A DNA stretch of 64,000 bases from Antedon mediterranea (taxonomy: Eukaryota > Animalia > Echinodermata): NCBI RefSeq assembly GCF_964355755.1, contig NC_092671.1, forward strand, positions 39,752,304-39,816,303, read 5' to 3'. The notes beneath the pieces were generated by a model. The model saw only the letters and a list, made by a program, of their open reading frames with translations, made no database searches and had not been told where the DNA came from. Every line of letters starts with the position of its first letter. Position 1 is the first letter of the stretch. A program made the position numbers and the translations under genes. Below are positions 27,801 through 40,460 of the stretch, in pieces.

Positions 27801-30673
27801 AAAATATTAGTTATTTTACAAATATCTGCATCTCAACGAAAATATCATTACATTCAAGATTCAAGCAATTGTATTGGTCCACTTTAAAATGGAAATTTGT
27901 TTTGCTTGGCATAATTAAGACAATAAAACAATAAAGAAAAATACATCAAATTGCAAAATGCAATGTTAAAATACTATTAATATGTAAAATACTGTTACAA
28001 ATACTGTTGTACATTTTATTTATCACCCCTTTTCCACATAATTAACAACAAACACTATTACCCCCCCCCCCCCCACATAATTAACAACAAACACTATTGC
28101 TACAACATTACCATTGAATGTGGTTAACACTTCAAACTCTGTGGAAAGCGTTTGTGCTACATCAACAAGCCTATCAGAAGCCAGAATATAAAGGTCACCA
28201 GAGGTGTGACATCTCACAAGGGTGTAGTCTTTGGCAGCCATATAACATATTGCTTCATTTACTGGTATAGTCCATGGAGTAGTTGTCCACACAAGAAAGT
28301 TCACATTCATTGAAGAATCTAAACAAAACATTATTTTGTTTAGATCTTATTTTAAAGATAACAAAACTACTTCCATGTAAAGCTCTGTCTACTTTATGTC
28401 ACAAAATAAAGTGATGCCCATACCCTACCATATATGGACATGATGATGTCATATCATTACTATATTTAGGCATATCACTACCATATTTAGGCATATCACC
28501 ATCATATTTGGGCACATCAGACTTTTTTGCCAAACTAGTGTGATAGTGTAGACAGAGCTTTAGAGTAGTATTCTAATTACAGAATAACAATATGCATGAA
28601 TAAACACTTTATATAGTTTATATATAAATAATAATTATTACCAATAAGACCCTGTAATGCCTCTGGAATCACTGCCACGGGAAATTTAACATATATAGAG
28701 GGCGACACATGACTGGCATTGTATTCCAATTCCGCTTCTGCTAGTGCAGTTCTGGACGACGGAGACCAATTAACAGGCTTTAAATCTCGATATATAAGTC
28801 CCTGTGTGTAAGAGGAAGAATAGTTGCTGTATCATAAGATAAATGATACTTTAGTATATCAGATATGGGTGGGTGATAAAGAAAGTTTTTTTTTTAAATG
28901 AGGAAGAACTAACAGAAAAATACAACCTTAAAGGGTAAATGTGCATTTATATTAACAAAACTTCCAGAATATAGCTGCTATAAAGAACACAAGAAAAGTT
29001 ATTTCTGAAGTATAATAGTGGAAAAATTTTTATTAAAATCTCACCTTTTCGTACATTTTATAAAATGTTTCAAGTTGACTTGCTTCATAGTGTTTATCAT
29101 ATGTAAAATAACAACCACCATCACTCCTAAACAAAATGAAAAAAAAAACAATAATTGTCTGTACTTAAACAATATATTTAAAATCTACAATTGTCCAGTT
29201 TTGTAAAACTGAAGATTATTAATTGTTAAATGATAATTCAGTAAAATGATTAATTTTCCACTGTAAGATCAAGTTGGTCATGGCACATCAAATAAATTGA
29301 AAAAACTAGAGAAATATAAATATTGTATACTCCTAATGATATCTAAACACAACATACCAATCTGCCATAACTCCCCAGCGTTTGAAGGCATTCCTCTGTT
29401 TATTAATCGACTTTTCAGCAAATTTCCGAGCTATGTGAAAAAATGAAATCAAATGTTATATAACTGTTATGAATTTGGGCTTAGAAAACATTGTTTGAAA
29501 GAGATATACAGGGTATATACAAGTACTGTATTATATACGTATACAAGACTAGAACAGAAACAAACACATTCACAGCTTAATTCTTAAGTCACCTTTTGCA
29601 CGTATTGCTTTTGGAGAAAGTGTCTTGAAGTCCGAATCTTTTTTTAATGCTTTTAGTTCTATTGGCAGACCATGGCAGTCCCATCCTGGTTTATAGTGGA
29701 TTTTGTAGCCTTGCAGTAACTTGTACCTGTTGATTATGTCTTTTAAAACCTGAAAATAAAAATTTATGTAACTATCAACACAAATGAATAGTGATATGAT
29801 GTTAACCTGGTACCAAAAACGGACCCACGACCAAACCCAGGTCAGGTCAATGAATGTGCTGTCATCTGGACCTAGAAACCATCAAACCTGTGTCAAGGTG
29901 AGGAGCGAGGACACACGTCCCCATTATCTTGCACAACAAATTAACATGACGTAAATCGAAAGGTCTTTATGATTGGCTTTGTGATTGGTATTTGACACTT
30001 GCTTTTCCGCTAACCTTATTTAAAGCATGTCCAACATGTGGATCTCCATTGGCATAGGGTGGACCATCATGCAGACAGAACTCTTTATTCAGTGTATCTT
30101 GACTACGTTGCCATGAATATAAATCTGAAAATTTGCATGCCTGGAAACAAAATTATGACATTAATTTTAAGTCCTGCAATTCTTTAGTAATATTGTAATA
30201 TAATTAAAAGAATAAAAAAAAACAACAACTGAATCGGAGTGCAACACCAAAATGTCACAATACAATAACATACTGTATTGTTCCTTACTGTAATTTTTGT
30301 TTACGACAGGTACTAAACTAGACTCGAGTCTAGCTAACTAAGATTAGAAGTCATTCATATACTATAATGATTATCATAGGCCTACCCAAAAAGGATGTCT
30401 AGCTAGGGCCTAGGCCTACATCCTGTTTAATTCATAACTGGTCACTTTGTACGTTTGACACAGACTTAATACTAACCTAGGCTAGGAATGATGACCACTT
30501 ACTTTTTGAACGTCGGTCTCCCGCTTCCCAGCACCCCACAATTCAAAAGAGGTTTTCGGCAAGTTCAGTGATTTGCTAAACCTTTTTTTGCTTGCTTTGT
30601 CAAAAAATCGCTTCAGGGTGAAAGTAAATGTTTTTGTAGAATTATATTGCACAAATAGTTTAAACCTAAACAT
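21816..30673 (-). CDS. IARS2: Mitochondrial isoleucine--tRNA ligase, more than 20 exons
   Basis: Basic presequence then [24 protein letters not shown] (HIGH), [63 protein letters not shown] (KMSKS), [10 protein letters not shown] and the C-terminal Zn finger [13 protein letters not shown]. Confidence 0.96.
22755..23052 (-). mobile_element. tRNA-derived SINE with a Deu/Nin-type conserved central domain
   Basis: Minus strand: A box TGGCCGAGCGG, B box GGTTCGAGGC, then TCTCGGATAAGGACTATAAACCGTAGGTCC..TAAAGAACC..GAGTAGGGG..CCCCGGTG (recognised from memory as Deu/Nin-like), then an A-rich tail. Confidence 0.75.
24810..25118 (-). mobile_element. tRNA-derived SINE nested in a family A MITE
   Basis: Minus-strand head GGAGCTGTGGCTTGGTGGTTA..GGGTTCAAGTCC; A-rich tail at ~24810-24845. 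Confidence 0.75.
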
Positions 30674-31422
30674 AATATCACTAATATTTACAACCTAATA
30701 AAGCTCAAATCATGATTTGCATCTATTTTACTCAGTTTATTTCGTTAACACAAGACTTCGCTGTATATACATGAGCTGTGCTATGGGCGCAGCCATTACA
30801 GTCTCGTCCGAACATTTTGGATTTTATAAAATAATTCTTCCATCAATTATAATAAAGTAAATAATAATCTACTAGTAAACAATATAAATCATTAAAAAAT
30901 ATTTATTTCAATTTTAAACTTATGTGAAAATATTATTAAGTAGATCATTAAATCATTCCAACTTGCTTAAATCTGAATGGAAGAAGATTCCAAGAGAGAG
31001 AGTTATAGCTCGATAATATTATAGAGGGCGGAAGTTCAACAACAATGAATGCTAATCATGGATAAAATAGGGAAGGGAGTTGTAAGGTAAATTAAAACTC
31101 CCTGGATAAAATAAGTATAGTCTATTGTTATCCATGTACTAATTCCTCCATTTTTTAGTGCATTAATAATATCAAGCATTTTCACAGCTCTTCCTTGGAA
31201 TTTTCGAAAGTTCTAACTAACAGAGCATTTATTACTATTTTAAAAAACGAAAATATTACCTCAAAGTTAGAGACTTAACTAGGCAGTTCTCAGAAGTTGT
31301 TGACTTAAGTTTGATATCAGGTGGTAGGCCTATAGATAAGTAGTAATCTTAGGACTTTGATCGGGACAATCTTCTATTCCGGTACATTTTGTCACTTCCA
31401 ACAGAAAGTAAGCCAAATCAAA

Positions 31423-32593
31423 ATGAACTCTGATTGGCTTTATATAGCTGGTGCAGTTGCACTGCCAAATATTTGTGGAAATCGGGGATATTATATGAGG
31501 AACCCAGAAGTAAAACAATGGACATCGAATTTAAAGTGGCCTCGATGGGCCCCACGCCCAATCTTCCCACTAACAGCAATACCACTGCAGTCTGTTGCAG
31601 GTTACGCTTCATACCTTATATGGAAAGAGGGAGGTAAGGCGATTTATTAAAAAATATATTATATAATATACCGATTTTTTCTTAATTTCTTTCTTTTTAT
31701 ATAAATTGTTCATTTATTAAATCAATTTAGGACTCTCACTTTAAACTGACGAGCAAATTTCTTTAGCTTTACGGACGGATATAAAGAATAGTATTACATT
31801 TATGCTAACTGGAATATCTTAACCATAAGCCTACTTAACATTTAAATTATTATTTTCAGGCGGATTTAACGAAGATACGTTGGTACCATTAGGAGTGTAT
31901 GCTACTGGATTAAGCCTTAATTTCCTCTACACGCCGATCACCTTCGGCTACAGGAAACTTGGTTTAGTAAGTGACTATTCAAACAAGGCTGATCAAGCAT
32001 TTTCAATAAGCGAACATTTGAACCTTCTATTGGTTCTTAGTAAATAAGCATGTTATACAATATTATCGGCATCAATTGACCAATCAATATTTAGTATGCA
32101 CACATCCTTGACACGCGCGCGTTCGGTAATGCTTGGTTCCCGCCCATATATTTGTACGTACGCAACGCAACAAGTAGTAGGCCTACTGGTCAATTTACTT
32201 GCAGATGTGCGCGTATACGTCATAGTGTTTGCGTTTAAAAGTACGAGGCACACACATCATCCATGACCTCCGAGAGCTTTCAAATGAAACATTGTGCTTA
32301 AGTACATTCAAGTAATGTCTGTATACTTAAATAATCATCTAGCAACACGATATTGACACATTGCCTTACCTCTATAATTTTTTACGAATGTTTTGTGTTT
32401 TTCATAGGCAAGTGTGTGCATGATGGCTTACACAGGTGTGCATGCGGTAGCTACCTACCTTTTCTGGAATTTAAATAAAACAGCAGGAAAGTTGATGATT
32501 CCGTTGAACGTCATCCTTGCCTTTTCCACCGCCGTCACTGTACACTTATGGAAAAACAACAAAGAACGTCGCATACACGATGAAGACTACTAA
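31423..32593 (+). CDS. TSPO: Translocator protein (TspO/MBR family), divergent; exons 31423-31633, 31860-31966, 32408-32593
   Basis: ALPNICG..., W..NLKWPRWAP, GYASYLIWKEGGGF, VPLGVY..GLSLNFLYTPITFG, AGKLMIP; five hydrophobic segments, about 167 aa. Confidence 0.85.
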
Positions 32594-34067
32594 ATCTTTG
32601 TTTTATGTTCAATGAGTTTCTAGTATTGCAAGAATTCATAAATAGCTGATATCGATTTATAAGTTATAACATAGTATTTGTGACTGTTATGGTAATTAAC
32701 AAGATGTAAATGTAAAGCTCTGTCTACACTATCAAACTAATTTGACCAAAAACGTGTGATGAGTTCAAATATGGTAGTGATATGCCCCAATATGGTATCA
32801 TCATGTCCATATATGGTCACATCACATTTTTGTTATAGTTAAGACAAGGCTTAAAACACAAATAGTTTATTACCATTAATTAAAAACACGTTAGCCCCCT
32901 CTCATTACAGACTTTATTCATAAAATAATTAATTCATCCGTGAACGATTATTTACTATGTACCCGGTATCTCTAAAGCTCTGTCAAGTCTACACTATCAA
33001 ACTTTATGTGACAAAAAAGGCGAGATACCCATATCTGGACATGATTATGTCATATCACCACCATATTTGGGCCGCATCACACTTTTTTCTCAAACTAGTT
33101 TGACAGTGTAGACAGAACTTACGAATTTTTGAGCTCAAAGTATGTGTCGATAATCTGACTGCATTTAGCAATAGAATCAGATTAGTAGCAGAACACGTTT
33201 GAGAGTATTGTACTCACGTCCAAATATCTTAAATAAAGAAACCAATAAAACGTTCTTTTTTTCTATAATGTTGATTGGTTAGCTTCGATTAGAGCTAATT
33301 GCGACAGATTATGAAACCATAAAAATATAAAATTGCTTTTAAAACATGAAAGTGGAAATCTTGAAGTTTGACAGTATTTAATGTCGAGTTTTACGTGATA
33401 AATAATGAAAGACAATTGAATTATCGCGCCTCAAACAAACAATTGAATTAAAGTAATTTTTATCAATACATCATGACTGATAATACCCAGCAGCCTATAT
33501 TTTATACATGGATAAAAAAACAAATAAAATTCAGGTCAGCAAACTGACAACTGCATAATAGTTTCAACAACCCCACTTTCAATACATATATAAACTAGAA
33601 GGAATAACATCATTACGGTGGTTATGATTAAAAGATAGCCAGTGTTTGTCCTATTAAAGATGATATGAAACGATTTTGAAAATTTAAATAAATTAGTGTT
33701 TATGAATCTGTCTAATGTAAATAACTAACACACCAGAAATTAGGTTTAAATACCTCATAAAACTCGAAAAATAAACAAATTAAGTTTTAAAGAAAATCCT
33801 CCGGAAAATGGCCGACCAACTTGCACGCCATATTGGTTTTCACGATCGCTCTAAACACACGTACGTCCGATCGCTTAGCTGATTTGAAATACCCGCGGTA
33901 GTAGCCACGGCAGCCGTTGTTATGTGATTGGTTACTCTTTTTCAACCCAGCGAATCGTGATTGGTTGATTTCATGCACTTTGACAGAGACACAGAGAGCT
34001 TGACGTTTCATGCATGACGACGAAAACAACATGTGCGACACAATCTCACCATCATTATTTTCGCAAG

Positions 34068-37000
34068 ATGCCGAGTGCTTGTTGTATCGGTGGATGTAAC
34101 CGGACTGGATCAACACACCCAAATGTTTCTTTTTTTTTATTCCCCGACAAGTTAAAACGCAGTGAAACGTTTAATAAATGGACTGAATTTGTTAAGTTAA
34201 CTAGAAAGGGGTATGTGTGGAAGCGGACTAACAGAATATGTAGCGCCCATTTTTTAAACGCGGACATCGACAATTGTTTCCATATTTCTGAAATGAAGAA
34301 GACGGGGGTGGTGGTAAAGCCGAGACTAAAAACGGATGCTTACCCCACCATAAAAGCTCCGGTAAGTGAGGAAGAAGGCCTACCACCCCAACCCAAAAAA
34401 CGGAAAGTGCGGCCTCGGACTGCGGCGTGTCGAAGACGCGAGGTTGAAAGGGTAAGAAATATTTTTATAAATTAAAATCCCCTGCGTGGACGGTTGCCTA
34501 CGTACGTAACGTTGTCGTTCAAATCTAGGCCTAGCCTGATTATACTATCATAATCGTTCGATTTAGTTTATGAAAATAATAATAAAATATTTAAATTAAA
34601 ATATTTCCTTTTAAATCTGTGGGCCCAGAGCCCCAGACTATCTAGTTAACTATTATAGGTCCTCGTTGGTGAACCATTATACATAGGCCTATTATTACTA
34701 TTAGGCCTAGTGTAACCAGGGAGTTGTCCTGGTGTAACACTCTGACCATCAGGTCAACAACCCTTCAATCACTATTTCTCCCTACTCCATCTATTAACAT
34801 TCCTAGTGGTTTCTTCCTATCTCTAAGTACTCTTTTTTCACTGGCCTAAAACCCACATCCTTAATCAATTAGTGTTTCCTCATCATCATCAAGGAATGTT
34901 CCCACAGGCTTGGTATGTTAGTTTTAACAAAAACATTTAAAAGTTTATTTATAAAATTGTATGACAATTTTTTTTAATTCACACCAGTTGATAATTTTAG
35001 TAATTGTTATTGCTAAGAATACCCAGGTAAGCCATGGAGGTACCTCCATGGAAGCTTGGCCTAGTCTAGACCTGGATACTGTGTAGTTCTGTTTTGTTAT
35101 CATCAAGGAGCTTTGTTACCAAACAAAGAATGGAAAGTTTCCAACGTATGTATTCTTACTTTTCATTTTATATTTGATTTCAGATTCTGATTGAAGAAGA
35201 ATTGCCTGGTACATCATCGGTATGTATTTTTTTTTTTATACCTGTCCCAGTTTTAAAATGTGATAACGCATTGAATGCCTTAGTCAAAATTGGTGTAGTC
35301 TACCCTTTATTATTAATTATATGGATGATGAAATATTTTAAATAGTTTAACTGTTAATCTTTTAATCTCTGTGTGTTAAAGCCATTAATTGAAATCATTA
35401 GTTGTCTACTTTGTGTATAAAGTAATTAAATTCAGATGTTGGTGAGTAAAAATAATCTGGTCACTAGATATGTTGTACTTTTAATCCAGGCCCAAGGACA
35501 GTGTCCACAGTCAGCAGGTATAGTATTTAGATGTTGAAAAATAAACAAAGTCATTGTTTTGTTGGTTATGTAATAATACAGAAATATTTAGTCATGTTAA
35601 AATGATTAGTTCTTGTTCATGCATGTTTTTGTGGAGTTAATTATTTTTTTTGAAGCCATGTTCTGATCTGTTTTGCATGATTTTACTGTTAATTTCCATC
35701 TTTTTTTTCATGAATAGCATGCAGTTCAGTAGACGTTTATCATTTCCATATTTCTATTGCAAACTATTTTGCATGATGATTACATCATAACAATTATACA
35801 CAGTACAAACACCATACCATTAACTTATATTTTTATCAAATAATTTGTTTTTTTTTTAGAGCATGTACTTAAGCAAGTTTATTAGGGAACATAAACCCCA
35901 CCGTTACCCCTTTTTTAAAAATTATCTTTTTCATATTTCATGGTACCAAAAACAGACGACGCAGCGGTAACACACAAAATAAATATAAATTTATAATTAT
36001 ATAACTTATTTATTCAGTTTCCTCAAGTTCCGAAGAAACTGGGGGAAGCAGTAATGAAGACGGAGATAAACGTGGCATACATTTATACCAAGAAGCGGAC
36101 AGTGACAGTGACCATGATGATGCGGATCCAAATTACATCCCTCATGAAGGATCATCTGATGAAGAATCACTGTAAGTTGAGCAAACTTCTTGAGTGATGT
36201 TTATAAACCTAATAACCACCTTTTATAGTGGTAGCTTTTTGGATATATATAAATAAATATATACTGTACATTTATATTATTAAACAAACATTTCTTTTTT
36301 GTAGCACTGATAACATAGAATCTGGAGAGACTGTTCGTGGACAGAGGAAATATATTGTAGGTCAGGATGAGCTTCTGACATTGTTCGACAGATGTCGTGA
36401 ATGTGGAAGTCAAGCCGACAAAAAAATTATAAGAGAATGTGGAACGGCAGTGGAGGTGATGGCCACTTGCACAAACAGAGCATGTAGACATGTTTTTGAA
36501 TGGTCAAACCAACCAAAAAGTGCAAATATGTTCCTATTCAACATTTTGTTGTCCGCTGCAATCTTGGTATCGGGTAAGACTTTCAAAAATATTTTTTTGT
36601 AATTCAATCTATTTTGATAATTTTTTTTTATAATCAAAACATACTTCAATCGTATTGACAAAGAATTCTTTTATTTAAAATTTTAGGATGTTGTATTACC
36701 AAATTTTTTAGGGCACTCCGATTTATTAACATCGCTGTTTTTAGTGATCGGACATTTTTTTATCATCAAAAATGGTAAGTTCAACATTTCAATAATGTCT
36801 ATGTAGCAATCTAATTTTGGAAAAAAATGGGTGTCTATTGATGTTAACAAATTATATGTTGCTATCTGAATTTTTATCTTCAAACAAAGTATTTTACTGT
36901 ACAAAAATATTACTGAGTAGTGGTGTATTCTTTTTAAATGTGACATAGTTAACTGAATATTATCTTCAATATATTATTTAGGTATTTGCTGCCAGCCACT

Positions 37001-38930
37001 TCGTGTATATTTGCGGCTCAAAGAGAGAAACACTTTAAAAGTGAAATGAATGTATCTTGCGATATGCGTTGTGACAGCCCCGGTTTCACAGCTAAGTTCG
37101 GTACCTACACAACTATCGATACAGACACTCAGAAAGTTATTCACGTAGAAGTTGTGCAGGTATTTTTTTTTCATTTGTTGTTTATTTATAGCACCTCAAG
37201 GCTATAGGTCCAATTTATAAATTAATAAATTGTAAACAGTTATACAGGTAAAAATAATAATTCAGATATAAAATTCAAAATAAAAATCCTAAATATATCG
37301 CAACATTATATTAACCCTTATCTTTATTAGAATCTATGTTATTTTTGTTCATTATTCAAAATTTTTACCCATAAATTTTTCAGCAATTTCTTACAAATTC
37401 TAAAGTCATTTATATACAAATTTTACTAATACAGTACACCATAAACTAGACATGCTTTGAAAATAAATAATTTATAATTTTTTACTTAAATATTTTTATT
37501 ATAGAAAGACGAATGCCCCAATTCACCAGCTATGGAGTTAGAAGGGCTGAAACGAACGCTGTCTGTTCTGCAAGGCTATGGTGTTACAATCAAGCGTCTT
37601 GTCTCGGATCGCCATAGTAGTATTGCAGCATTTTTAAAATCCACAACCATCATTCATTACTTTGATGCATGGCACATTGCCAAGGGTAAGTAATATGTCT
37701 TAATAGTTATTTTACTCAAATTACCACAAATAAAAGGAATCAATGTATGTCAAATGATGTAAAAAGGTACGACTTTTTTCGTCTTACTGTAATTTTGTTT
37801 TTTTTATATATATTCAGGAATAAAGAAAAAATGCATAAAAGCCAGCAATAACAAAGAATGTGACAAAATTGGCAAATGGATACCATCCATTATCAGGATG
37901 GTATATTGGATCGGAAATACCACACAAGAAACGGAGGACTTGGATGCCGATGGTGAACTGAGGAAGCAAAAATTCCAAAGCATATATAATCACATACGGG
38001 GTATTCATAATCACGAAACCACACTATATCCCAAATGCCTTCATGGAGAGCTGGAACCTCGAGACTACATTCAACCAAGTAAGTTGTAGTATTGATTTTG
38101 GTGAAGATTATCGACAGTTTTTTTTTATTTTGCTAAAATTTATATATTTTTTTTCCAGATTCAAAAGCCGAAGAAGTAGTTTCAAACATCCTGAATTCAC
38201 CTTATTTGTTGAGATCTATTAAGCAGTTGTCACCGACTATCCAGACTTATTCAAATGAATCGTTTCATCAAATTATTAATCATTTTGCGCCAAAAATGCA
38301 CCATTTCCGGTTTAAGGGCATGCTTGCAAGGTATAATTTGATAGAATAGCATATTGTATAATTTAATGATAGAGAACCAATTAAGTAAGGTCTTTATAAT
38401 CTATGATTTACACTAATTAAGCCTGAAGCCTTTAACAATCAATGTAATGTGTTGTAATTCTATATTGTGCATTTACTTCAGAACCTACCTTGCAGCCTTG
38501 CATTGCAATGAGAATGTTGGCAGGCCACAAAGGGTCAACAAAAAAGGGGACACAGAGCACTCTTTGTGGTATTCCCGGGCAAAAAAGGACTGGATGGCCA
38601 AAAAACATCTTGTTGATCCCACATTTGGTAAGGACCAGTTACTATTAATTGTTACTAAGTTATGCCATAATTTAAAGTGTTTGTAAGCAAAATGTGGAAC
38701 TAATTTATAAAATAGTTAAATATCCTATTACATTAAACAGTAATATTTTTGTCTTTGCAGTTTATGCCATCAACACCATTGAAATGGCGATGTATATGGC
38801 CAAAACTAATACAAAAGGATCATATTACACGGCAGAAATGATGTGTGATCCTGGTACAATTACAGAAAAACTGCCAAAACCAGACAAGACAGACTTTGTT
38901 GCAAAGTTAATCTCTAGATTTAAGCATTAA
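34068..38930 (+). CDS. Kolobok THAP-DDE transposase, about 688 aa; exons 34068-34451, 35184-35219, 35490-35517, 36018-36171, 36305-36573, 36687-36774, 36982-37159, 37505-37685, 37818-38078, 38159-38330, 38482-38627, 38761-38930
   Basis: THAP finger (CCIGGC..FP..W..ICSAHF..AYPT), acidic linker, CxxC..C..H finger, CDMRCDSPGFTAKFGTY (D), VSDRH (D), FDAWH, NHIRGIH..C.H, QTYSNESFH..FAPK (E), LAALHCNEN. The exons sum to 2067 nt and join in one open frame. Confidence 0.9.
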
Positions 38931-39214
38931 CTTTACACTGCTTCACAGAACTTGAGTCATAAATTTAGAATATTTTTATTTTATCACTACCTTGATCACT
39001 GATTTTATATCTCGGAGAAAAAGAAATGTTTAGTTGTTAATTTATTCCTTTGTTTTAGTTCATTGTATTTTGACATGCATGCTTCTGTTGTTCACAAAAA
39101 AAAAAACAGGTATTTATTCATAAGGTAACTACTGTACATTTATTTTTATACGGCAGGAACTACTGTACATAGATTTGTATTTATATGGAGTGTTAATTCA
39201 TAAAATAAACTAAA

Positions 39215-40460
39215 CTAGTCTTCATCCAATCGAGGATATGTAAATCCTGTATAATTTTGTTCAGGGTCAGGAAAAGCTTCTCTGATTTTATTTATTACAC
39301 AGGATGTAATTGGGACACGCCTGTCTCGCCCAAGATACCTCCAACACCAACGCACAAACTGTCGATACGCTGTATACCTGTATTTCCTGTGCAAACAAAA
39401 ATAACTTGTAGAAAATGATTTTTTGAATAAAAATAAAGGCAAATCAGTTATAAATTACTATACTGCAAAAACATGGTGTTTACCTTTCTTTTCTTCCTTC
39501 CACAACAAGTTCATCATATTGAGATGCATACTGCCAATACGCAATTTGGAGGGTTGCCGGATTAAGAATGGCAGCTTGGAACCAGGGATGGGTGGTGATA
39601 CATCCATTATGTTCATTTTCCTTATTTTTATCCATTATTTTCTCTACCTGTTTATTTTTTAAAAAAGTGATATTTTCACTAATGGAATTTATTTACAGTA
39701 CTATCAATCATAAAAAATGTATGGTTATGACAGTTTTAATGTGGAGCAATTTTATTTTAATACATAATTTAACACTGCTTACTTCTTGACAACAATATCT
39801 ATTTTCCCACATCTCCTCTACAACACAGTTTCCACACCCACACCTGTAGTAGAAAAAGAAGGAATATGATTATGTTGTTAGAATGTCTCACTTCTTAAAA
39901 TATGAAGGTCTAGGCCTAGCTAGGCTAGTAGACTAGTTAGTAGTACGCCTACTCTACTACTTACTAGCCCTAAAATAAAGCATTTATATATTACTATACT
40001 AGCTAGGCCTACTAGCCTAGGGACTCCCTAGCCTAGTAGTACTCTAGAGTCTAGGCCTAGTACTAGGAGGCCTAGGATATTATTATTAATACTAGCTAGG
40101 CCTACTACTAGCTAGCTAGGCTAGGCCTATATATAGTTTTAGGCCTTATTAATTATACAGTACTTTTATCCCCAAACCTAGACTACCACTTTACTCCCTC
40201 CTTACAAATAAATATACCTACCAATCTCGTCCTTGTCTCAAATGAAGATTTTGTGGTAGGCCCATCGCTGCGAATCCATGTGCTCTAGCCCGATCTCGGT
40301 GGTGTGCAGCATCGCCGTCGAGTAGGCCCACTTCTCCCTCCGCTCCACCAGCGGGCACCCTTGGATCGTTTTCAAACACTCCTCTCCAATTCACTTCAAC
40401 AATATCATGCTCATCTTCGGATGATGCCGAGGACGATAAGGACGACATATCGCTATCCAT
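39215..40460 (-). CDS. KolX accessory protein, P2X7 C-terminal ballast/nanor-like, about 211 aa; exons 40460-40222, 39843-39783, 39647-39484, 39386-39215
   Basis: Spliced product contains WCGCGNC..ENRYCCQE..CITTHPWF..RYTAYRQFVRWCWRYLGRDRRVPITSCVINKIREAFP..YTGF. The exons sum to 636 nt in frame. Confidence 0.9.

Noticed and set aside
34014-34475. Stand-alone host THAP transcription factor or P-element
   Set aside because: It splices into a Kolobok-type DDE core, and the TSD is TTAA rather than 8 bp.
35860-35872. Extra GC-donor micro-exon in the transposase
   Set aside because: It would shift the frame; exons 35490-35517 and 36018-36171 already join in phase.
39215-39442. P2X7 receptor gene
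   Set aside because: Only the ballast-like domain is present, with no TM or ectodomain exons, and it lies inside transposon TIRs.
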